Source of the DNA: Tubulanus polymorphus
Lineage: Eukaryota > Animalia > Nemertea
Assembly: GCF_964204645.1 (NCBI RefSeq)
Contig: NC_134031.1
Location: forward strand, 12,588,088 to 12,652,087
Direction: 5' to 3'
Length of the DNA stretch: 64,000 nucleotides
Shown here: positions 27,012 through 38,566 of the stretch, piece after piece
Position numbering within the stretch: position 1 is the stretch's first letter
Layout: each line of letters starts with the position of its first letter
Notes under the pieces: model-generated
The model's input: only the letters and a program-made list of their open reading frames with translations
Database searches by the model: none
Told to the model about the DNA's origin: nothing
Program-made: the position numbers and the translations under genes

Positions 27012-27145
27012 GGTATTATTTAGATATCAAGGAATCGAAACAACTTATCAAAAGCAGCGAGGAATGAAAAAGGATGATGTTGGTCGAAGAAATGGAAGAG
27101 GATTATAAATTATTAACCAATTTAGTAAAAAAATACGTATAATAA

Positions 27146-27811
27146 ATGGAACCAGAACAACCACAAATTATCAATATTACAAATAACACTGGTGTTATAA
27201 ACATATATTACAAGAAGTGTTCTAAATGTGAATTAGATAAATCATTAACAGAATTTAGTAAGCGTAAGATTAGCAAAGATGGTTTTCAATATTACTGTAA
27301 AACTTGCATTAAACTATATACCAAACAATATCGAGAAGATAATAGAGAATCTTATAATGATTATATGACAGAATATATGAGAGAAAGATATCAAACAGAT
27401 CTTAATTTTAGATTGAAACAATGTTTACGGTCTAGATTAACACAATTATTTAACAAAGAAACATATTCAGAAACACTATCTAATCTATTGGGTTGTTCAG
27501 ATGAATTTCTCAAATCATGGATAATATATCAATTCGACGATAAAATGAATATAGATAATTATGGTGAATACTTTCATATTGATCATGTGTTGCCGATTTC
27601 TAAATTTGACATGAATGATGAATACAATAAAAAACTTATTTGGAGTTGGAAACATTTAAGGCCTTTAGAAAAGAAGGAAAACATAATTAAATCTAATAAA
27701 CTAGATATGAAATTATATTTAGATCAACTGGATAAAGCAAAGACATTTGTTGAATTATGGAATAGTATTTCACAGAATCAACCGCATTCTGAGGTTTTGA
27801 TTAGTGGTTAG
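27146..27811 (+). CDS. HNH endonuclease with N-terminal Zn-ribbon
   Basis: CSKC...YYCKTC; FHIDHVLPISKF...WKHLRPLEKKENIIKSNK. Confidence 0.85.
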   Translation: MEPEQPQIINITNNTGVINIYYKKCSKCELDKSLTEFSKRKISKDGFQYYCKTCIKLYTKQYREDNRESYNDYMTEYMRERYQTDLNFRLKQCLRSRLTQLFNKETYSETLSNLLGCSDEFLKSWIIYQFDDKMNIDNYGEYFHIDHVLPISKFDMNDEYNKKLIWSWKHLRPLEKKENIIKSNKLDMKLYLDQLDKAKTFVELWNSISQNQPHSEVLISG

Positions 27812-28691
27812 AAAGCTGGTAATTCTATTTGAGCTTTGTATGTATATAATACATTGCTTTTGCTTACTACTAAAACATATGTTGCCAAATATATCTTGTT
27901 TTCAATTCTAAAGAATTAATTAACTTCATCACAAAGAACATCTGTGCAGAAATAATTAGTTTGGTCGAACGTGCGCCACGTTGGTAGTTAGAAATCAACA
28001 TTCACATACATAGATTAATAAAATATGAAAAATTCAAAATATTAGGATTAGCATTTAGTGAAGTAGTAAGACATTTACCAGAAATTGAAGAAATGATTGG
28101 AAACAATCCAGTAATTAAAGAATTCTGGACAAAATTATAAATTATAATACTGAAGGTCTTAGATCTCGATTGTATATATCTGTTTTAATATTGTATTGTT
28201 TACTGTTAACTGTGTATTGCGCAATAACCGGTCCGATTGGACCGCATTTCTATTGTTCTCCATTGTTCTATTATCGATCGCTAAAATGTGTATAATAAAT
28301 ATATCTGTTTATGAAATAATATTTCCACCAGTCGTTTCTTTGAATTTATTTTCAGTTGAGGATTTATTATCGAGGATCCGAAATGACTTATCTGGACAGT
28401 TATAGTTACTGCTCCTAATAGATAGACAATAGTAGTGAGATATTAAATCCTAATTTAAATAAAATATAATAAAAAAACAATAACTTCAACTAGCTAGTGA
28501 ATTCTATTATATTTTTAATATTTTCGTTTGGTAATTCTAATTGACATTAGATTGAATAGATTTTGAATAGATTTGAATAGAAATTCTTTAACTTTAACTA
28601 ACCTAGTCAATTTAGTATTAACCTAAAGAGATACTAGTATCATTTGAAGAATACTTATAATATTTTTTTTTGCTTTTTTCCTCTAATATAA

Positions 28692-29294
28692 ATGTCAAAG
28701 AAATCGAGTAAGAATAGTATTGATATTGAAAAGACATTAGATGATTTGGGTATTAGTGATAATAAAGATACAGTTGTTTCTAATTCTATTCAAGTTAATA
28801 ACAATATAGATTATGAATACTATTTATATTGTAAGCATCATCTTGAATTATTAATTGCTGGAGGGAAATCTAAGGACTTCTTAGGAAAAATAATAACTTT
28901 TCAAGAACTAGACTCTATGAAACCAGATAAAGTAATAAAATATTTTAAGATTTATGAAGAGGCAAGATTATCTAAAATAAATGATTCTATTTCAGATGGT
29001 ATTGTCAAATGTTATTCAAAATTATGTAACCAGTTAATACCAATTGATGATGAAAATAAATTATATAATGATTTGAAAAATGACTATTTAGTTATGACTG
29101 AATTACAAAAATGGGTTGGTTATGCTTCATTTCAATTAGGATCGGTTATGACATTGATTTCTACTGGTGTCATAACATTTTCGAACATCAAACCTATGGA
29201 ATATAAATCAGGTAAGAACGAAACAGATGTACTACAACAAAACATCGAAACAGAAAATGAATCAGAACAAAAATTAACTAAAATAAATGAGTGA
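28692..29294 (+). CDS. Uncharacterised Maverick protein, 200 aa, with a hydrophobic segment near the C-terminus
   Basis: Intact ORF with TAAATG start; overlaps the next ORF. Confidence 0.75.
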   Translation: MSKKSSKNSIDIEKTLDDLGISDNKDTVVSNSIQVNNNIDYEYYLYCKHHLELLIAGGKSKDFLGKIITFQELDSMKPDKVIKYFKIYEEARLSKINDSISDGIVKCYSKLCNQLIPIDDENKLYNDLKNDYLVMTELQKWVGYASFQLGSVMTLISTGVITFSNIKPMEYKSGKNETDVLQQNIETENESEQKLTKINE

Positions 29295-29700
29295 TGGAGT
29301 TAAGAAAAAGGCTAGATCCGATAAACAAATTAAATGGGCAAGAGAATTAGGTAAAAGATCTTCAGAATTAAAAAAAGCTAAGAAAAAGAAATTAACTGAC
29401 ATAAATGAATCACAGACTTTATCTGATGGTGTCGTACAGCACCCACACGGTGGTATTGATTCAAATAATAATCCATCTAATTCTTCTAATGCTGGAAGTA
29501 ATTATAAATTATATATTACAATTGGATTAGTAACAGTTATTATATTATCCGGTGTAATATATAAATCAAAATTCAAATCTGATGATAAAGATGATTCCAA
29601 TGATGATCGGAAACTTAGTTATCCGTGTACAGACAATAAACCTATCATACCAGAAAATAAATCAAATGAAACTAAATCTAAATTATTATTAATGGATTAA
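29287..29700 (+). CDS. Basic N-terminus, single-TM membrane protein, 137 aa
   Basis: K/R-rich N-terminus; TM LYITIGLVTVIILSGVIY. Confidence 0.75.
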   Translation: MSDGVKKKARSDKQIKWARELGKRSSELKKAKKKKLTDINESQTLSDGVVQHPHGGIDSNNNPSNSSNAGSNYKLYITIGLVTVIILSGVIYKSKFKSDDKDDSNDDRKLSYPCTDNKPIIPENKSNETKSKLLLMD

Positions 29701-29706
29701 AATAAG

Positions 29707-30792
29707 ATGAAAAAAGAACAATATTTAAGAGCGTTATATTATAACCCAGAAAGTGAAGTATCATATTCTAAGGTTTCAGAATTATGGGATAAAATTAAAT
29801 CTGATAATAGCAATATAAAATATAGTGAATTAAAATCATGGTTACAAAATCAACCCACATATCAAATTCATAAAAAGATGGATAAAAAATATTTAACAAG
29901 AAAAGTAATGGTTTCATATATTGACCAACAATGGCAAGCAGATTTAATTGACATGAAAAACTTAGAAGAATATAACAAAGGATATTTTTGGATACTAAAT
30001 GTTATAGATATATTCAGTAGATACGCATGGAGTATCCCGATTAAAAATAAAACTGGTATAGAAGTAACAAATGCTTTTAAATCTATATTTAAAGAAGCTA
30101 TTCCAGATAAGATACAATTTGATGAAGGTAAGGAATTTTATAACAAACATTTTAAAAAACTATTATCTGATAACGATGTAGAATATTTTTCAACACATTC
30201 AGATAAAAAAGCATCCGTTATAGAAAGATTTAATAAAACATTGAAAACTAGAATGTGGAAATATTTCACCGCTAATGAAACATATAAATATATCGATGTA
30301 TTAGATGATTTAGCTAAAGGTTATAATAATTCTAAACATAGTTCTATAAATATGAAACCTATACAAGCTAGAAAAGAAGAAAATTCAGAAATAGTTTGGA
30401 ATAATTTATATGGTGCGTTTGTTACACATGATTTTGGAGAACCTAAATTTAAAATAGGACAACACGTTAGAATTTCTAAATATAGAAAAACATTTTATAA
30501 AGGTTATACCCCTAATTTTACTGAAGAAATATTTAAAATTAAAAAGATAATATTAACTAATCCTTTTGTTTATAAATTAGAAGATCTAAAAGATGAAGAA
30601 ATATTAGGTTATTTCTATGAACAAGAATTATCACTTGTACCAAATCCAGATGAAATAGAATACAAAATAGAAAAAGTATTGAAAACAAAAACTCTTAAAG
30701 GAAAAAAGTATTCTTTGGTGAAATATAAAGGATATGATGATAAATTCAATGAATGGATTTTATCTAGTAAAATTAAAAGAATAAATGAATAA
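29707..30792 (+). CDS. Retroviral-like (RVE/c-integrase) integrase with C-terminal chromodomain
   Basis: WQADLIDM, IDIFSRY, QFDEGKEF, VIERFNKTLK (DDE triad); chromo-like YKIEKVLK...LVKYKGYDDKFNEWI. Confidence 0.97.
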   Translation: MKKEQYLRALYYNPESEVSYSKVSELWDKIKSDNSNIKYSELKSWLQNQPTYQIHKKMDKKYLTRKVMVSYIDQQWQADLIDMKNLEEYNKGYFWILNVIDIFSRYAWSIPIKNKTGIEVTNAFKSIFKEAIPDKIQFDEGKEFYNKHFKKLLSDNDVEYFSTHSDKKASVIERFNKTLKTRMWKYFTANETYKYIDVLDDLAKGYNNSKHSSINMKPIQARKEENSEIVWNNLYGAFVTHDFGEPKFKIGQHVRISKYRKTFYKGYTPNFTEEIFKIKKIILTNPFVYKLEDLKDEEILGYFYEQELSLVPNPDEIEYKIEKVLKTKTLKGKKYSLVKYKGYDDKFNEWILSSKIKRINE

Positions 30793-31437
30793 AGATTTAT
30801 TTATATTTGAACCACATAATATGTTAGTTACTGGAGTTACAAATTGTGGTAAAACACACTTCATATTAGATTTATTAGAAACTATTTATAAGAATCATTT
30901 TGATAATATAATATTATTCTGCCCAACTTATGAAATGAATGAAACGTATAATAGAGATATAGTTTTTAAAGATAAAAAGTTTATTATATTAAATTCTAAA
31001 ACAGTGAAAGATAATTTAGATAATTGTATAAAAATAGCAATTGATACTTATAAAGGATCAAATACATTATTCATTATAGATGATTGCGCAAATTTACATG
31101 ATTCAAAAGTTAGAGAAAGTGAGTTATGTTATTTAGCTTTCTCTGGTAGACATTTTGGGATAACAACATGGGTTTTAAATCAGAAATATAATTCAATTGT
31201 GAAAGATGGGTTTTAAATCAGAAATATAATTCAATTGTGAAAGATTTTAGAGACAATATAAGATTTCTAGTTTTATTCTACAACAAAGATAGAAAATCTA
31301 TGCAACAATCATTGGAAGAAAATCAAATTATACCTACTGAATTACATGATGAATATATGAATAAATTAAAAAATAATAAAGGTTCCAAATTACTTATGAG
31401 ATTACAATTTCCATATGAATATAAATTTATAAAATAA
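30785..31437 (+). pseudogene. A32/FtsK-like genome-packaging ATPase, frameshifted by a 38-bp tandem duplication
   Basis: Walker A GVTNCGKT, Walker B LFIIDD, GRHFGIT; 31168-31205 duplicated at 31206-31243; removing one copy restores a 204-aa ORF. Confidence 0.93.
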
Positions 31438-31453
31438 AATCCTAATTCAAAAT

Positions 31454-31975
31454 ATTATAGAATTCACTGTATACTGATGGATGAGTGGATGAATTGGATG
31501 AATTGGAAGAGTGGATGAATGGATGAGTGTAATAATATATAATTTACATATGTTTTTTATTTTTAAAACAGTAAGAGTTTGATTTGAAGATGTCATATAA
31601 TAATAAATATATTTTTATAAAATAATAAAATGACAGATAATAAATGTCATATAATAATAAATATATTTTTATAAAATGATAAATAATAAAATGATAAATA
31701 ATAAATATATTTTTATAAAATAATAAATAATAAAATGATAAATAATAAATATCATATAATAATAAATAATAAATGTCATATAATAATAAATATATATTCT
31801 GTTAAATTTAATAAAGAATAAAAATATTATATTTATACTCATACTATTCTTCCAATTTATGTGTTAAAAAGTAAAATATATATATTATCATACTCATCCA
31901 CTCTTCCACTCATCCAATTCATCCAACTCTTCCAACTCATCCATTCATCCATCAGTATACAGTGAATTCTATAAT
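31454..31975. repeat. Inverted repeat with TGGA(T/A)GA subunits flanking an almost pure A/T tandem tract, between the convergent gene blocks
   Basis: ATTATAGAATTCACTGTATACTGATGGATGA at 31454 and its inverse ending at 31975. Confidence 0.9.
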
Positions 31976-31979
31976 CTTT

Positions 31980-33035
31980 TTAATTTTCATTTTCATATTT
32001 TTCTTTAAGCTTATTGTATTCTAAATATATATCCCTTTGCATTATCTTTGATATAAGTCCTAAATGATTCCCAAATTTATATTTATTGAATGTTTTTCTT
32101 GAAAATATTTTTGGAATATAATTTTCGATTTCAGTTTTAGATGGATGTTTATTTAAAAATTCTCTAAAATCATCATATTTAAGTTCAAATAAGTTCATTG
32201 CATAACTTACATTTGGTTTAAAGTTATCTAACTTTTTCAATATGGTAACTATATCATTACTCAATAAATAATCTATAAATGTTTTTCTATACCACCGATA
32301 ATCTAATATATTCTTATTATTAAATTTTGGATTTATAACTGTTGGATTTTCTATTACATTATCTGTACCAATATGTTTAATTGAGTATTTATGATTCAAT
32401 TGTTTATCATATATTACATATTCTTTACATTTTTCACACCAAGATTTAAATACTTGTATTGCATGGGCTGAATCATTTCCACCTTTTGTTTTTAATTTAT
32501 AATGTTTTGCCCAATTAGCCTTTGTTATACATTCATTACAGAAGGCACAATAATTCTGATCCTCTTTGCATTTATCTTTATATATATTGGCATATGTTTT
32601 TACTAATTGTAAAATATGTTCATCTTTTTTGATGTGTAATAAATAATCATTATAATTATCAAAATCTTCTTCACAATACATACATCTGATGTTATCTTTT
32701 GGTTGAACATTTGATTTTTCTATTTTAGGTTCAATATTATATTCTATTTTTGTTTCAATCTTATCATCATTCGATGTAGAAGGTATAACATTATCTTCTA
32801 TTTTAGATTCAATATCATTCTTATCTTCTATTTTAGGTTCAATATTATCTTCTATTTTAGGTTCAATATTATCTTCTATTTTTGTTTCAATATTCTTATC
32901 TATTTTACTTATTCTATATTTGAATTGATTAAAGTAATCTCCAAAATACTTACTGTATTCATCATAAGGTAATATATAATATATATCTGATATCATTTCA
33001 CTTGGAGATTGTATTTCATATATTCCACCTTCCAT
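31980..33035 (-). CDS. Multi-C2H2 (matrin-like) zinc-finger protein with IEPKIEDN repeats, 351 aa
   Basis: CMYC..H..H, CAFC..H..H, CEKC..H..H; 8-aa repeat. Confidence 0.8.
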   Translation of the reverse strand: MEGGIYEIQSPSEMISDIYYILPYDEYSKYFGDYFNQFKYRISKIDKNIETKIEDNIEPKIEDNIEPKIEDKNDIESKIEDNVIPSTSNDDKIETKIEYNIEPKIEKSNVQPKDNIRCMYCEEDFDNYNDYLLHIKKDEHILQLVKTYANIYKDKCKEDQNYCAFCNECITKANWAKHYKLKTKGGNDSAHAIQVFKSWCEKCKEYVIYDKQLNHKYSIKHIGTDNVIENPTVINPKFNNKNILDYRWYRKTFIDYLLSNDIVTILKKLDNFKPNVSYAMNLFELKYDDFREFLNKHPSKTEIENYIPKIFSRKTFNKYKFGNHLGLISKIMQRDIYLEYNKLKEKYENEN

Positions 33036-33067
33036 TTATTATATATATTTTTATTAAAGTTAAAATT

Positions 33068-34315
33068 TTAATACATAACACTATCTAATTGTGAATTTAC
33101 AATATTTAATTGCGCATCAGATATAATATAAATGTGCATTTTAAAATTTTTGATTCCCTTTTTCTTTGTCATGAATAATTGTATTCCATCTTTTGTATTT
33201 TGTAATTTTTTCCCAGAACCATGTAATAAGTTATCTTCAGTTGTTCTAAAATCTAACCATAATGCATATTTATTACCGGTATAATAATCAATTTGATTAA
33301 TATTACAATTTTCAAATGATTTTATTTTTTCATTCATAAAATGTTTTTTAATTTCTACCCATTGATCAATCATTCTCATTCCTTGACAAAATATTTTATT
33401 CGCTATTCCTTCGATAGTTATTTCTACTTTTGTTATTTCAGGATTATAATAATTATCAACATTTATTGCGCCATTAGTATACGTTCCAATAGTAAAAAAT
33501 ATTAATATACCTTTAATAGATCTTCTAGGAAAGTTAATATTCTCATTAATTATTTCATCATTTGCATTAATAGTTACAGTTTTAAATTTATCAATATAAT
33601 CATATAATAATGAAAACCCTTGATTGTATTGAGTTTGAATTATACTTGAAATATTTTCATCAGTTACTGTGTCATATTCTAAACATATATTCGATAATTT
33701 ATAACTCATATCTTTATTAACTCTAGATAATACAATTTCATTTACAGGAGCAAATGTTATCTCAAATATAACATCTTCTTGAATTACGTATTTATATAAA
33801 GGTGCATTATTATTTATCAATTCAAAGTCTAATGGAATTTTATATTTGCTTCCATATATACTTTTTATCAATTTATCTACATCATTTGTTAATATTGCGC
33901 TTTTAGCTTCTGATCTTAATTTATTTTGGTTTTCTGATTGGATGCCTTGAAATATCATATTATTTCTATTTTCTTTAGTTAACCATAAATCTTTATAATG
34001 CATAAATAAATTATAATCATCTAATGAGAAAACTGTTTCCGGACCAATCTTTATTGTTAACTTTTTAATCAAATATCTTCCAACATTATCAACAACATAA
34101 TTATTATTATTACCGATTACTTTTATATCAGCTGATAAATAAATACTATTTGGAACATAAAAAGTATTTTGTGTTAATCTCGGAATTCTAACATATAAAG
34201 TTTCATCGGGATTAATATTTGAAGGGTTATGAGTAATTATATGATGTGATCTTTCTGCTTTAATAGCATTAGATATTCTAGAAATCTTAGAAGGACTTAT
34301 ATAACTCCCACTCAT
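33068..34315 (-). CDS. Major capsid protein (probable double jelly-roll), 415 aa
   Basis: Size, beta-rich pattern and motifs (HNPSNI..LYVRIP, NICLEYD, NINFPRRSIKGILIFF, LWLDFRT..LHGSG) recalled from invertebrate Polinton MCPs; position in the element. Confidence 0.8.
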   Translation of the reverse strand: MSGSYISPSKISRISNAIKAERSHHIITHNPSNINPDETLYVRIPRLTQNTFYVPNSIYLSADIKVIGNNNNYVVDNVGRYLIKKLTIKIGPETVFSLDDYNLFMHYKDLWLTKENRNNMIFQGIQSENQNKLRSEAKSAILTNDVDKLIKSIYGSKYKIPLDFELINNNAPLYKYVIQEDVIFEITFAPVNEIVLSRVNKDMSYKLSNICLEYDTVTDENISSIIQTQYNQGFSLLYDYIDKFKTVTINANDEIINENINFPRRSIKGILIFFTIGTYTNGAINVDNYYNPEITKVEITIEGIANKIFCQGMRMIDQWVEIKKHFMNEKIKSFENCNINQIDYYTGNKYALWLDFRTTEDNLLHGSGKKLQNTKDGIQLFMTKKKGIKNFKMHIYIISDAQLNIVNSQLDSVMY

Positions 34316-34335
34316 TTATTTAACAAAAAAATTAA

Positions 34336-36023
34336 TTATTTATTTTTAATCATGTTTACTAACCCAAAAATAATAGCACTTACAACCGTAATTAAAAATA
34401 AAATAATATGTTCAGCAGCAAAGTTAATAATGTTTCCTGCAGATTTCAATATAAAACCAACAATTGAAGCAATAACTCCTGGTAAAGCTGCAGCAGATTT
34501 CTTTGATAGTTCCCATAAATATTTTGCTAATTTCTTTAAACCATCTTTAACTTTATCTTGTATAGAATTATTACCTGGAGGTTTATCTGGTTTATTTGGA
34601 GTAGGAGTAGATTTTAAAGCATTTGATATTGCTAAACCAATTGTTGTAAATAACATAGTTACAGCTGTTAGAATTGAAAGAATTGTTATTCCTTCTAATT
34701 TAAATAATAACTTTATTCTATCTTTCAATGATATTTTAGAATCTGGTTTTATCAACAAATCTTTAAAAATAACTTTTAATTTTTTAATATGATTAAGATC
34801 ATATGATTTTAATAATGTATCTCTTTCTTCTTTTTGTAATTTTATGTTATATTCTAAATCATCTATTTCTTTTTCTAAAGCTAACTTTCTGCTTTCATAA
34901 TCAGCTTCCTCGATTAATTGAAGATCTCTATTTAATTCTAATTGTTTTAATTCTTCATCTACATTAACTAATTCTTTTTCTAATATGGTTATTTTAGAAA
35001 ATCTCATCTTAATATTAGCAATTTCACCAGCTGATTCTTGCATACCTTTAATTTCTCTACGTGCTTGTTCAGGAAATTCTTTTAATTCTTCATCAGTTAA
35101 ATCAAGTAATCCTTTTTCTAGTAAAGATTGTATTCGATTTATTCCAGTTTCAGAACCAGATGTATCTGATATACTATTCATCAGTTCTTCTGAATCTCTT
35201 AATCTATCAATTTGTTTTTCTAATGTTAATTGTAATTGACTTGAATCATTATCAATTTGTTGAGTGTCTCTTCTCGATGTTTCGGGTGTTGAAGATCTTA
35301 ATTTATCTAATCGATGTGCAAAATCTTCATCAGTTTCTGGATCAACATCAGTAGGATTTGGATTTGGATTTTTAAATGGTGAATATTTGTTTATATCAAT
35401 TTTAGGAATTGGTTCTTCTTCATTTATTCTATCGATTGCATTCCATATAATTCTGAGAAATTCTCTACCACCTTTTGAACCTTCAATTGTAGATAATGCT
35501 CGCATTCCAGGTTCAAAAATATTTTCTTGACCCATTCTAGATAATTGAATTGATACAGTATTCCTATTTAAATCAAGATTATAATACCATGCATCATTTT
35601 TAAATTCTAAATTATTTGTGAAATATGGGTCATCTTTAAAAATTTGTTCTACAACATCTTCAGTATCAATTTCATCTATTACAACTTTTGGTAATAATTC
35701 GTTAACAATTGTATCTGTTACTCTAGATTTCATTCTATATAATTCCATAGGTTTATCAGGATATTTTTCTTGTTCTTTTACTAATAGTTCCATAAATTCT
35801 TTTCTTTCTCTTCTGAAATTCTACCCCTTTCAGGAGCTTCTAAATATTTATTTAATTTTTCACGTAATTCGGAATCATCATCTTCACCTAAATTAGTATT
35901 ATATGCTGATTCATCATCATTATCAATATTAGTTTCTGCATCATTATAATCATCATCAATATATCCTTCATTATTATATCCCATTTCTCCCATTTCATAA
36001 TCTTCTCCACCTTCTACATCCAT
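34336..36023 (-). CDS. Acidic/coiled-coil protein with C-terminal TM helices; the 80-aa and 485-aa ORFs are probably one ~562-aa gene split by a 1-nt deletion
   Basis: Adding one A to the A4 run (plus-strand T4 at 35800-35803) gives ...ISEEKEKEFMELLVKE...; only the 36023 ATG has the element's T7-TAAATG motif; hydrophobic ITILSILTAVTMLFTTIGLAI and IILFLITVVSAIIFGLV. Confidence 0.7.
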
Positions 36024-36039
36024 TTACATAATAAAAAAA

Positions 36040-37427
36040 TTAAAATTTAAAATATAATATTCCTCCGATTACAATTCCTATACAAGTTATAGCTAATTTA
36101 GTATTTTCATGGGATTTATTATCATCATTTTGTTTAATTATATCATGTTGAATTTTATCAGTTTTTGTATCTTCTGATGTATTGTAATCTTTTATTTTAG
36201 ATCATTATTTAATTTAATATTCTTAGTTTTAGTTTCTGTTGATTGAATATGTTTTTTATTTTTTTCACCTTCCATTAATTTTGGAGCAGTAATTATCTTT
36301 TTATTTATATCATTCAATCCAAATGAATTATTTATTGTTGCAGTTTTAATTAGATTATTGTAACCAATTATGTTTCCCATCTTTAATACTAAATCATTAG
36401 AAATAATTAATAGATTAGGGCCTATACAATAATTTAGTCTTACATGAGATTTATCTAAATAATTTTGATATCTTATAATGTTTTCTGGAATCGATCTATT
36501 TTTATCATTATGTATGGAATCTTCAAATAAAACTTTAAATTGTTTTTGTGTATCAAATGATGTATTCAAATTTCCAATTATCGGTGATCTTGTTTCAACT
36601 TGTGATCCTAGAATACAAATCAAATAAGTTCTAATAGATTGATTTATTCTTTCTATACCTGATTTTGTAAAACCTTCACTATTTTCTAAAATAAAATATA
36701 CCCAACCATTATTGTTTTCTTGTTTTAAATGATCATAAAATTTCGGTAATTTATTAAAATTTAATGTTTCTAAATCCTTTGTTTCTATTTTACCATAACC
36801 TAATTTTTTACTATAGATATTATAAAAACTATTAGATGGTATAGGAAGTGCACAATATTCTGCAATCTTTCTAGGGCAAGGAAGTGATCTTATTGTTCCA
36901 ATTTTTGTTCTAAAATCAGAATTATTTATATCTATATTAAATTCATTACAAATTTTATAAAACTTAGATAAATTGATATTATTATCTAATTCTTTGAAAT
37001 ACCTAGATCCTGGTAAAGCGCACTCTAATTCATTTAATATTATTCTGATTTGAAAGTATGTATGAAATCTAAATAAACTTTGAATTAATTTATATTTAGC
37101 ATTATTCAAATGATCATTCCAACTAATTCCACATCCTGTTGTTGCACAATAAACAGCAAAATTTAATTGATTCTGCCAATACTTCATATTAGATTTTAAT
37201 AACCATTGTTTTTCATCTTTCAATTTTTTAAAATTAATTAAATATACATGAAATATATTTTCCATCTTTGCATTAAAATTATTAGTTTCAGTAACATAAA
37301 TTTCTAAATTAGTTAATGAATCTAAAACTTCATTTCTATATGTAATATCTTTATTAAAATCTATTGCTGGAATATTATATTTAATTGATTTATTATATCG
37401 GAAAGCTTTTGGAAAACTATCTACCAT
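36040..37427 (-). CDS. Uncharacterised Maverick protein with C-terminal TM anchor (~462 aa restored; 1-nt frameshift at ~36195)
   Basis: WQNQLNFAVYCATTGCGIS motif; shifted frame continues IKDYNTSED...HENTKLAITCIGIVIGGILYFKF*. Confidence 0.75.
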
Positions 37428-37443
37428 TTATATAATTAAAAAA

Positions 37444-37878
37444 TTAATAATTTATTAATTCTTTTAATAATTTATCTTGTTCTTCAACTGTTATATGACC
37501 ATTTAAACTTATTATATAATCTAGTGTGTTCTTTAATTTATTAATTTCTTTTATATTAGTTTTAATTTTTTCTTTATTTCTTTTTATATTTAATTTTGAA
37601 CTTATACCAGTTAAAACACTTGAACTTAATCCTAATACACCAATTGATATAGCTAAAGGTGTTAATGGGCTGAATATTGCTAAAAATGTTATTACAGAAC
37701 TAATTGTAACCGAACCACTTATAATCAAATAATATATAATTTTACTTTTTAAATATTTTTTCTTTTTTATCTTTAGGTCACTTTCAAATTCTAATATTTG
37801 TTTTTCTAAATATGTTTTTAATTTAGTTTTATTTATATCATGAGGAATAATATCAATACTATCAACTTTATCTTCCAT
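37444..37878 (-). CDS. Two-TM hairpin membrane protein with coiled coils, 144 aa
   Basis: IIYYLIISGSVTISSVITFLAIF and LAISIGVLGLSSSVLTGI. Confidence 0.8.
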   Translation of the reverse strand: MEDKVDSIDIIPHDINKTKLKTYLEKQILEFESDLKIKKKKYLKSKIIYYLIISGSVTISSVITFLAIFSPLTPLAISIGVLGLSSSVLTGISSKLNIKRNKEKIKTNIKEINKLKNTLDYIISLNGHITVEEQDKLLKELINY

Positions 37879-37897
37879 TTATTTAACAAAAAAATTA

Positions 37898-38320
37898 CTA
37901 ATTAGTAAACTTATAAGCAACAAATATAACAATAACTGTTCCACCTAAAATCCATATTATTTCATATTTCTGTTGTTCTTTACTTGGGGTATAATAATCT
38001 GATAATTTAGGTTTGTATAGATGTAATTTTTCTTTATTGGTTACTGCGTTATATAAACTCATTGCATCATCAACTGATTGAAAATCTCTATGTGAAATCT
38101 TCTGATCATATAATTCTTTATTGATGTAATCCATATAGTTTTGTCTCTTTTCTCTATATTCTTCTGCAGCTTTATTGTATTTCTCTAACGCTAAGTTATG
38201 TCTTCTTTGTTCTCCTAATGAACTATTTTTATCAATATGTTTAAATAAATAACCACCACCAGTAAATGCTAAAGCGTTAACAATTGCCGATCCTATAATA
38301 GTTATAATTGCAGAAGCCAT
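37898..38320 (-). CDS. Membrane protein with hydrophobic N- and C-termini, 140 aa
   Basis: MASAIITIIGSAIVNALAFTGGGYLF; IIWILGGTVIVIFVAY. Confidence 0.8.
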   Translation of the reverse strand: MASAIITIIGSAIVNALAFTGGGYLFKHIDKNSSLGEQRRHNLALEKYNKAAEEYREKRQNYMDYINKELYDQKISHRDFQSVDDAMSLYNAVTNKEKLHLYKPKLSDYYTPSKEQQKYEIIWILGGTVIVIFVAYKFTN

Positions 38321-38344
38321 TTATTTAGCAAAAAAATTATGCAT

Positions 38345-38566
38345 TTATATGGGAGGAATATATTTTTGTTTTTCCAAATAATCAATTGTTAAATTAGATA
38401 AAGTAACTGCTAACGTTAATTTCAAAATATCATTTATATCAAATCTATCAACATTAACACTTCCCATTTTGAATACTTTTTTTAATACCATTGAATAACC
38501 AACAGTTCCAACTGATAGTAATGCGCCATTATATAATCCAGTTATTATCCACTTATTATCACTCAT
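38345..38566 (-). CDS. Small hydrophobic protein, 73 aa
   Basis: Intact ORF with conserved upstream motif; WIITGLYNGALLSVGTVGYSMVL. Confidence 0.75.
   Translation of the reverse strand: MSDNKWIITGLYNGALLSVGTVGYSMVLKKVFKMGSVNVDRFDINDILKLTLAVTLSNLTIDYLEKQKYIPPI

Noticed and set aside
34352-35896. Several plus-strand ORFs inside the Maverick
   Set aside because: Antisense shadows of the minus-strand coiled-coil/TM gene; no upstream motif
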